From IMG/VR virus record IMGVR_UViG_3300029288_000065, positions 160,001 to 224,000 of that record: a DNA stretch of 64,000 bases; one strand, 5' to 3'. The translations under genes were made by a program, and so were the position numbers. This document shows positions 58,113 to 64,000 of the stretch, one piece after another. Position 1 is the stretch's first letter. The number at the start of each line of letters is the position of its first letter. Source of the DNA: a virus. Lineage: Duplodnaviria; Caudoviricetes. The notes under the pieces are model-generated. The model had not been told where the DNA came from. It saw only the letters and a program-made list of their open reading frames with translations, and made no database searches.

Positions 58113-58485
58113 ATCGGTTTATCTGTCGTTTTCTGATTTTCTCTTGTTTATCCTTCTTTTTCCATTCTCTGGCTACTTTGATTCCTTCTGGTGTTGCCCT
58201 ATAGAAACCTGATTTTACTGTTTTGTTTATATTCATGAAATGGGTTTCGCTTTTAATCCACCCGCATTGTTCCCAGCTTTTCAACAATAATTCGTACGTA
58301 TGGTCAACTGCAATTATATCTTGGACTTTGTCTTTTCGGACTCCCCAGAATGTTGCTACGTCTTCAACAATAAAACCATGTTTAGAATGTATGGAGAAAA
58401 AATGTTGTTTCTTGTCATAATTAAAATAGAATTTACCCCATATTTCCTCTGGGTTATGTTCTGGATTGTTTATGTCTAAATTCAA
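58030..58485 (-). CDS. DP-motif + winged-helix protein (3/5)
   Basis: LDINNPEHNPEEIW...SWEQCGWIK...ATPEG. Confidence 0.7.
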   Translation of the reverse strand: MNLDINNPEHNPEEIWGKFYFNYDKKQHFFSIHSKHGFIVEDVATFWGVRKDKVQDIIAVDHTYELLLKSWEQCGWIKSETHFMNINKTVKSGFYRATPEGIKVAREWKKKDKQEKIRKRQINRYGMPLREFLFSGHTGVNLGTRNRKPRS

Positions 58486-58742
58486 AGTTTTTCTCCTTCT
58501 TGCGTAATAATATATCCACTATTTTTCTTTCTTATCCAACCAAGTGAGACCCATGAATCAACCAAATAATATTTGTTTTGATCAAAGATGGTGTATATAT
58601 TCCCAATTGTATATGCTATCCAACATTCGACATTACAATCCCAGAATATTCGTCCATTAGTATGTTTATCATACCACCAATCACGAAAAGAAATAAATAC
58701 CTCTTTTGGATTATGCTCTGGATTAGAAATATCAATAATCAT
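58482..58742 (-). CDS. DP-motif + winged-helix protein (4/5)
   Basis: IDISNPEHNPKEVF...SWVSLGWIR...ITQEG. Confidence 0.7.
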   Translation of the reverse strand: MIIDISNPEHNPKEVFISFRDWWYDKHTNGRIFWDCNVECWIAYTIGNIYTIFDQNKYYLVDSWVSLGWIRKKNSGYIITQEGEKL

Positions 58743-59037
58743 TTTTCAGCATTCCCTCTCTAGTTATTGAATAACAATTATCCCATTCTTTAACCCAACC
58801 AAAAGAAACCCATGATTGTACAATAGCCTCACCAAGTTCCCAAGATGCGCCCAAGCATTTTGTATGAAACCAAAATACAATGGAAGAAATACTAAATGAA
58901 TTTTCGACCCTATCACCTCTCCAATCCAGAAATGATTTAAAAACCTCCTCTGGATCATGACGAGGATCATTTATATCAATCACCAGATCAATTGTTTTGT
59001 TTTGTGACTGCATCTTTCCAAGCTCCGGCAGCTCCAA
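58732..59037 (-). CDS. DP-motif + winged-helix protein (5/5)
   Basis: IDINDPRHDPEEVF...SWVSFGWVK...ITREG. Confidence 0.7.
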   Translation of the reverse strand: MELPELGKMQSQNKTIDLVIDINDPRHDPEEVFKSFLDWRGDRVENSFSISSIVFWFHTKCLGASWELGEAIVQSWVSFGWVKEWDNCYSITREGMLKNDY

Positions 59038-59644
59038 TTAACAGACGATTAATATAACCAGGCCACAATTCAACGACCTTCTCAGGAGAAAGAGAACTAC
59101 TATACTTCATCCCGGTAGAAGCAATAGAAATAATCATCTGCTGCAAGAATTCCATCGTGTCAAAATTGGTCATGAAAGCAGAATTTAAATGACCAAGAAA
59201 TTCATTTATAACCCTTGGTACATCACCAATCTCACTCTTAACAATCTTATCAGTAAAAGAATCAACCAATACCTTAACCTCTTGCGGAAGAGAATCATAA
59301 GTCTTCTGACATTGCTTAATAAAATCATCGTCAACTACTATATTCGTGACATCAATATTTGACATCACCTTCTCTGCAAAACCTTGTTGGCAGATTGACA
59401 TATATTCTTTATCAACTTTGAGATAGGTGAAGAGCTGCTCGGTAAGTTCTCCTCGTCTGATCAGTGGGACTTGCATTGCATCTTTACATCTTTGGACTTG
59501 TTCATCCGTCATTGGTTCCAGGGTCCGTATGTCCTTGCTACTGCATTTTCGCATTTCTTGGAGAAATGCGTCAAATTCCTGTTCTGTGAGGACGCATACT
59601 GTGATTTCTCCAACTTCTGGGATTATATGTTCATGCTTGGTCAT
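58988..59644 (-). CDS. hypothetical protein, N-terminus similar to 56652-57497
   Basis: GEITVCVLTEQEFDAF versus GEATLVSLTNEEWTQF. Confidence 0.6.
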   Translation of the reverse strand: MTKHEHIIPEVGEITVCVLTEQEFDAFLQEMRKCSSKDIRTLEPMTDEQVQRCKDAMQVPLIRRGELTEQLFTYLKVDKEYMSICQQGFAEKVMSNIDVTNIVVDDDFIKQCQKTYDSLPQEVKVLVDSFTDKIVKSEIGDVPRVINEFLGHLNSAFMTNFDTMEFLQQMIISIASTGMKYSSSLSPEKVVELWPGYINRLLIGAAGAWKDAVTKQNN

Positions 59645-59969
59645 GGAGTTTCCTTTCGATGGCCTGAAAGACTTCATCCAGGTTCTTGGCTGAATTTATT
59701 CGTTTTACTATCTTAATTTCCTGTGTATCTCTTTCCAGGATGAATTTCTTGTTTTTTATGTCTACTGTTAAGCTTGGTACGAAATCCCTATTGATGACCA
59801 TATCAGCACATGCTGTGACAAACCAGATATCAGCCGTTATCTTGACGGATGTGTTTGGGTTTGATAATTCTTTCCCTCGTGGTGTACTTATATAGAGTAT
59901 GAAGTTGGATATCGATCCTTTCAACCATGAAAGGTCGAACATGTTTGTTATTCCAAGATCAACTCTCAT
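59631..59969 (-). CDS. ELANP-subtype protein
   Basis: KELSNPNTSVKITADIW. Confidence 0.6.
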   Translation of the reverse strand: MRVDLGITNMFDLSWLKGSISNFILYISTPRGKELSNPNTSVKITADIWFVTACADMVINRDFVPSLTVDIKNKKFILERDTQEIKIVKRINSAKNLDEVFQAIERKLHDQA

Positions 59970-60119
59970 GGTCGTCCCTCAGAAGGAGTGGGTTTAGTCC
60001 TGTCATTTGAATAAAATTCTCAACCCACAGTTCTTCTTCGTCTGGTGGTTTTAGTTTTGGTACCTTTTTGGGTTTCTTCTTTAATTCTTTTTTCAGGATG
60101 TTTACTATGTCTTTGTTTT

Positions 60120-60503
60120 TCATGATTTCCTTTCACAGTAGTTGGATCTGGCGTCCAGGAGTAATCTCTGATACTTTAGAGCTGTCTGTATTAATTCTAT
60201 TAGCCATTTGTAAGCGTTTGGGTTGTCCAACTCTTCTTCAATTTCCCAGATTTCATAATCACCACACATATTTAGCCAGAATTGGATTCTTGATTTACCA
60301 TCTTTATCCAGACCGTAGTTGGTACCGTATTGGTAAATGCAAATAAAACAACATGCATCATTTCTTCCATTACATTTATGGGATAACCTATATGCATGTC
60401 CATCTTTATCATCACGATAAATTCGATATTGTATTCCATTTTCCTTTAGTAGGTTTAATATATAATCTCTATGGAGTTTGAATTCATTTTTGGTCAGGAT
60501 CAT
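60120..60503 (-). CDS. DP-motif family protein
   Basis: EELDNPNAYKWL. Confidence 0.6.
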   Translation of the reverse strand: MILTKNEFKLHRDYILNLLKENGIQYRIYRDDKDGHAYRLSHKCNGRNDACCFICIYQYGTNYGLDKDGKSRIQFWLNMCGDYEIWEIEEELDNPNAYKWLIELIQTALKYQRLLLDARSNYCERKS

Positions 60504-60512
60504 GAATGCACC

Positions 60513-60893
60513 TTACAAGTAAACATGTTTTTTATCGCGGAGAGCGTTCTGGTCTATTCTCCGTGGTTCTACTAATATCTTGAGTTTATAAATCTTACTA
60601 CCATGCCAAATTTTTCTTAGAAAACCATATTTTATCCAGAGGTGAACAAAAGGAACGAGAATATTTTCTTTTACTTCCATCATCTTTACCGCCCAATAAC
60701 CAGCATTGAACTCCTGTTTTTCACTCAATATTGACGGATCATTCAACAAATAAAATTTCAGCATCCAATCCAATAAAGAAATCTGATCAATAATTTCATT
60801 CTTCTTATTCCCAATAAAGATTAGGTGATATAGGAATTCAGGATCACATTTGGGGTCTGCTAGTTCCCATGAGATTCCAAGTCCATTTTTCAT
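60513..60893 (-). CDS. DP-motif + winged-helix-like protein
   Basis: WELADPKCDPEFL...LWIKYGFLRK. Confidence 0.6.
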   Translation of the reverse strand: MKNGLGISWELADPKCDPEFLYHLIFIGNKKNEIIDQISLLDWMLKFYLLNDPSILSEKQEFNAGYWAVKMMEVKENILVPFVHLWIKYGFLRKIWHGSKIYKLKILVEPRRIDQNALRDKKHVYL

Positions 60894-61231
60894 TTTATTG
60901 CCTTAATTATCCACGTTTTGATCTTCTCAAAACTCTTGGGATCAGACATATCAATCGTGAACTCAGGACCGCTAACACAGGAAAAGAAAGCAATAAGATC
61001 ACCATTTTCATTAATCATAATCTTAATATCTCTTGGGGCATCCAACCCAAGAGCAGACGGAGTAATCCTGACAGTTGGTAATCCTCGTATAGATCCTGGT
61101 ATTGAGTGTAGCATCGGATGTTCTACTTTAATTGATCTGAATATTTCCCAAAGGATATTAGCTTTCATTGCGTACGATTCTCTATATTCGTCATGCTGAC
61201 GTTGAAATTCTTCGTTCGTCAGTTTTGGCAT
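60890..61231 (-). CDS. DP-motif family protein
   Basis: TIDMSDPKSFEKI. Confidence 0.65.
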   Translation of the reverse strand: MPKLTNEEFQRQHDEYRESYAMKANILWEIFRSIKVEHPMLHSIPGSIRGLPTVRITPSALGLDAPRDIKIMINENGDLIAFFSCVSGPEFTIDMSDPKSFEKIKTWIIKAIK

Positions 61232-61255
61232 GAATTCCCTCCAGTGTTCTCATGA

Positions 61256-61279
61256 CTGCCCCCTCAAGGGAAGGGGCAG
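61256..61279. terminator. GC-rich intergenic hairpin
   Basis: CTGCCCC/GGGGCAG stem. Confidence 0.45.
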
Positions 61280-61288
61280 ATTGAGGCA

Positions 61289-61945
61289 CTAGGATTTATT
61301 TGACCAAGACGCCAAAATAATAATACAACCTAAGAATCCGACAATAAGGCCAGACCAAAGAAGAATATGCATCAGAAGAACATGAGGATAAAATGAAATA
61401 GCTGCTGGAAGCGTAACCTCCTTACCATCAAGGAGAGTCTCACGCACCCGGATCAAGACGTTACTCCGTTCCAGGGCCGTAGTCTTCGACTCGGTTCCAG
61501 TATTCTCAACCTCCTTCAAAGCTTCACGGGCCTTGACCAGGTTTTCATACCAGAACGAAATATCATTTGACGGGGTACTAAAGATAATACCAGTATTTCC
61601 AGTTGTCAGCCCGTTATCCTTGGCATACTTTAATGCCAAATCTAACTGTTCACCACACTTCTCAGGTGAAGCTGAATCTGCCGCTCGTTTAAGATACTCC
61701 TCACAGTTCCATGAGAATCCAAAACTCTTAATAACCGGTGCCATCAGCAAAATAATACCAAGTAATGCACCGGTTAGCCCTACGAAAAAGATACCACCGT
61801 TACTTGGTTTCCCCACTTTTCTCTCCTCCCTTTGAGCAACTTGCTTGGGTTTGGATCTGGTAAATTCGGTGATAACAATAATGATACAGAATAGTAGCAA
61901 CATCTGCAATGCTGGCAGTAACGATCCACCCTGGGTTATAACCAA
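61289..61945 (-). CDS. membrane protein (start probably downstream, GTG near 61816)
   Basis: TM helices flanking a helical domain. Confidence 0.65.
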   Translation of the reverse strand: MVITQGGSLLPALQMLLLFCIIIVITEFTRSKPKQVAQREERKVGKPSNGGIFFVGLTGALLGIILLMAPVIKSFGFSWNCEEYLKRAADSASPEKCGEQLDLALKYAKDNGLTTGNTGIIFSTPSNDISFWYENLVKAREALKEVENTGTESKTTALERSNVLIRVRETLLDGKEVTLPAAISFYPHVLLMHILLWSGLIVGFLGCIIILASWSNKS

Positions 61946-62228
61946 CTAGGTATTCTCCTCCATTTTCAGTACCAACGTTCTGGAAATTCATACACGGGAT
62001 AGATGTGTCCGGTACGAATTTCCAATTCTTCATAAGATCCAAGAACATTGGAGTTTCACCAGGCTTGTCAATGTACAAATGTGTTTTTGCCCGTAAAATC
62101 TTTTTGTTTGCCCGCTCTTCTGGAGATGATGCCACTGGTCCCAAGTTGGCTCCACAATTTGGACAGGTTTCCCATCCATCATCGTGGAGCCAAGCATGAT
62201 CACAGCTCTCGAAAGGATCTCTCATCAA
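61800..62228 (-). CDS. Zn-ribbon protein
   Basis: CDH...CPNCG. Confidence 0.55.
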   Translation of the reverse strand: MMRDPFESCDHAWLHDDGWETCPNCGANLGPVASSPEERANKKILRAKTHLYIDKPGETPMFLDLMKNWKFVPDTSIPCMNFQNVGTENGGEYLVGYNPGWIVTASIADVATILYHYCYHRIYQIQTQASCSKGGEKSGETK

Positions 62229-62419
62229 CCACCCAGAGTTTGCTTCTGTTGGTTCTTTTCCTCAATCTTGTAGAAGTCAGCGGTCTTCTTGTCGTCGACA
62301 GTGGTTCCTAGCGCAGATTCGATGGCCTTAGTCAGAGCGCCACAACCAGAGCCACTGAATCCTTCGACCTTGACTTCAGTCTTTCCACCCTTACCAATCT
62401 TGATCTTTAGCTTGTGCAT
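62225..62419 (-). CDS. DUF2997-like protein
   Basis: I.I...G.....VEG..G..C..LT..IE.ALG......T.DFY. Confidence 0.75.
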   Translation of the reverse strand: MHKLKIKIGKGGKTEVKVEGFSGSGCGALTKAIESALGTTVDDKKTADFYKIEEKNQQKQTLGG

Positions 62420-62428
62420 CTTTCCTCC

Positions 62429-63574
62429 TTAGTGGCCTTTGTAGTCAAGCATCTTGACTTCCCAATCAATTATACTACCATCTTCATTCCATCTAGAAAT
62501 TAGTACTGGTGCATGTCGTTCGCGGGTATTCCAGCCGGTCTTTCCGTGGATATATTCCTCCTCGAATCCATACAATTCTCCACCATATCTGATACCATAC
62601 TTATCCTTATCGGGTTTGAAACAGAAGAACCCCAATGTAACAATACCATCCTTGAATCCCTTACTACGGAAAGGTTTCCCAATCCAATCGGGTTCCCACT
62701 TCTTATCTTTCCGTTTCTCCAGGAATTCATTTGCCACTTCTTCGGCCTTCTTACAGGCCTTCGCCCACACACCTGATTTCTTCAACTTATCTAGAAAGTC
62801 ATCAGGTTTGACGTGGTTTGTCGCCTTCTTTCCCGGTTCAGGGGCAACTTTACCATACTTTTCCGCGCATTCATAAAATGCTTCGGCGATTGCTGCACAG
62901 CGTTTCTTGTCCACCTTGTGCTGGCTTTCCTGATAATCAGTAAGGTAGACAGGAGTATTAATGTCTTCCATGCTGTCTTCATCAACAACCAATTCCTCCA
63001 TCTCCAAAACGTCACCCTGCTTCAGGAGGGCATGAATCCCTTCACACATCTTGAAGAGATCATTGTTCTTATATGCCGACATCCCATCCACGATACCAAA
63101 GGCGGGGTCATTTTGACCAGCCTTGGCTTTGGCTGTCCCTCTGAGTGCCTTCACAAGCGCTGAGGAAGCAAAAGACGGAGGAAGGATTGATCGGAGTTTG
63201 ATTGCTGCTGCAGCAACCTTGAAGTCGAATACTGTCGGGTTTGGGCCGAAGTGTTTCTTGACGAAGTCTACTACTACCTTATCAGGGATTACCTTCCCCT
63301 TTTCTGGGATCGGTACTTTCACAAGGAGTGGTACTGGCGAGAATCCTTCTGCTACCACCACCTGGACTGATGGGGTTACTGGAAATTGACAATGATTTGA
63401 ACCAGAAACTGTCAGGACGCCGTTGTGTTCGGTGATTGTCACTTCTTTATCACCGTCTTGGAACACACGTACGATGCCGGTTTGGGCGTTTCCGGATTTG
63501 GAAATACGTTTCCAGTTTCCTGGATAGGTCTTGCGGATTTCCTTTACGCAATCTTCGGTGGTGATCTTACTCAT
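62429..63574 (-). CDS. hypothetical protein
   Basis: long ORF with RBS. Confidence 0.7.
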   Translation of the reverse strand: MSKITTEDCVKEIRKTYPGNWKRISKSGNAQTGIVRVFQDGDKEVTITEHNGVLTVSGSNHCQFPVTPSVQVVVAEGFSPVPLLVKVPIPEKGKVIPDKVVVDFVKKHFGPNPTVFDFKVAAAAIKLRSILPPSFASSALVKALRGTAKAKAGQNDPAFGIVDGMSAYKNNDLFKMCEGIHALLKQGDVLEMEELVVDEDSMEDINTPVYLTDYQESQHKVDKKRCAAIAEAFYECAEKYGKVAPEPGKKATNHVKPDDFLDKLKKSGVWAKACKKAEEVANEFLEKRKDKKWEPDWIGKPFRSKGFKDGIVTLGFFCFKPDKDKYGIRYGGELYGFEEEYIHGKTGWNTRERHAPVLISRWNEDGSIIDWEVKMLDYKGH

Positions 63575-63782
63575 TCCTTCCCTCGCTTGATTTTCTGGTA
63601 ACAGTATTGTAGAATTCGATTACGTCTTCTTTGTTTACTCTTTCTTTATGCCCGTTGAATTCGAAGTCAATATCGCATCCGAAATCCAGGCATGCTTTGA
63701 TCGCCGTTAAGAATGCTTCTCTGATGGAGCATCCTTTGTCGATTTCGATGGTCACTTTTGCGAGGTTGTATTCGTTACGCAT
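63567..63782 (-). CDS. hypothetical protein
   Basis: tiling. Confidence 0.55.
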   Translation of the reverse strand: MRNEYNLAKVTIEIDKGCSIREAFLTAIKACLDFGCDIDFEFNGHKERVNKEDVIEFYNTVTRKSSEGRNE

Positions 63783-63957
63783 GTTTGGTCCCTTCCCTTA
63801 TCAATCTCACGTGTGAGAACCCATGCCATTCTGGACCATAATGGGTCTCAATACAAACCGAAGGGAAAGGGCTCCAATAAGGCCAACCATCATACATCCC
63901 TATTTCCAGGACTTTGTGTCTGATACCATATACTTCGACAAAGTCACCTACCTTCAT
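63775..63957 (-). CDS. SH3/KOW-like small protein
   Basis: MKVGDFVEV. Confidence 0.55.
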   Translation of the reverse strand: MKVGDFVEVYGIRHKVLEIGMYDGWPYWSPFPSVCIETHYGPEWHGFSHVRLIREGTKHA

Positions 63958-64000
63958 TTCTTTGAGATCTTCTACTGCCTGTTTGACTACCTCAGGATTG

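Noticed and set aside
7894-61231. DP motif as a DNA recombination site (integron-like cassette) or DGR target
   Set aside because: The underlying DNA varies synonymously and has no palindromic attC-like structure. No integrase, reverse transcriptase or TR/VR repeat pair is present in the window.
2046-63816. Long plus-strand ORFs (e.g. 2046-2831, 9438-10145, 23207-23869, 43669-44781)
   Set aside because: They are antisense shadows of well-supported minus-strand genes, lack RBSs, and have biased compositions explained by the third-position skew.
1-64000. Alternative genetic code (TAG/TGA recoding), as in some huge phages
   Set aside because: Recognisable proteins (LigA, AAA+ ATPases, helicase, sigma) are full length in code 11, and TAA, TAG and TGA all end genes at sensible positions.
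1-64000. CRISPR array, tRNA or rRNA genes
   Set aside because: No regularly spaced direct repeats, and no cloverleaf with a T-loop consensus in the few intergenic gaps.

Overview
The window looks like part of a large (jumbo/huge) bacteriophage genome. About 125 tightly packed, often overlapping genes lie on the minus strand, with one two-gene island on the plus strand. Standard code 11 fits. I found no structural genes, tRNAs, rRNAs or CRISPR arrays. A GC-richer backbone encodes an NAD-dependent ligase, a stand-alone ATP-ligase-type adenylation domain, a LigD-phosphoesterase/PolX fusion, an SF2 helicase, two radical SAM enzymes, a ParB-like protein, an enlarged sigma70-family factor, Ycf46-like and MoxR-like AAA+ ATPases, a DUF2201-VWA protein, a GHKL-HExxH protein, a WGR protein and two HNH endonucleases. 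Dozens of small AT-rich orphan genes are interleaved with it. Four unexplained signals stand out. (1) About 40 otherwise dissimilar small proteins share a [DE]-[LIM]-x-[DN]-P motif. (2) Synonymous codon positions flip strongly between A/C and G/T in blocks of roughly 0.3-1 kb, even inside single genes. (3) Two approximately 145-nt structured elements share an identical internal loop. (4) A recurrent YGATAY motif upstream of gene starts may be the promoter of the phage sigma factor. All calls come from reading motifs by eye; no searches were run.
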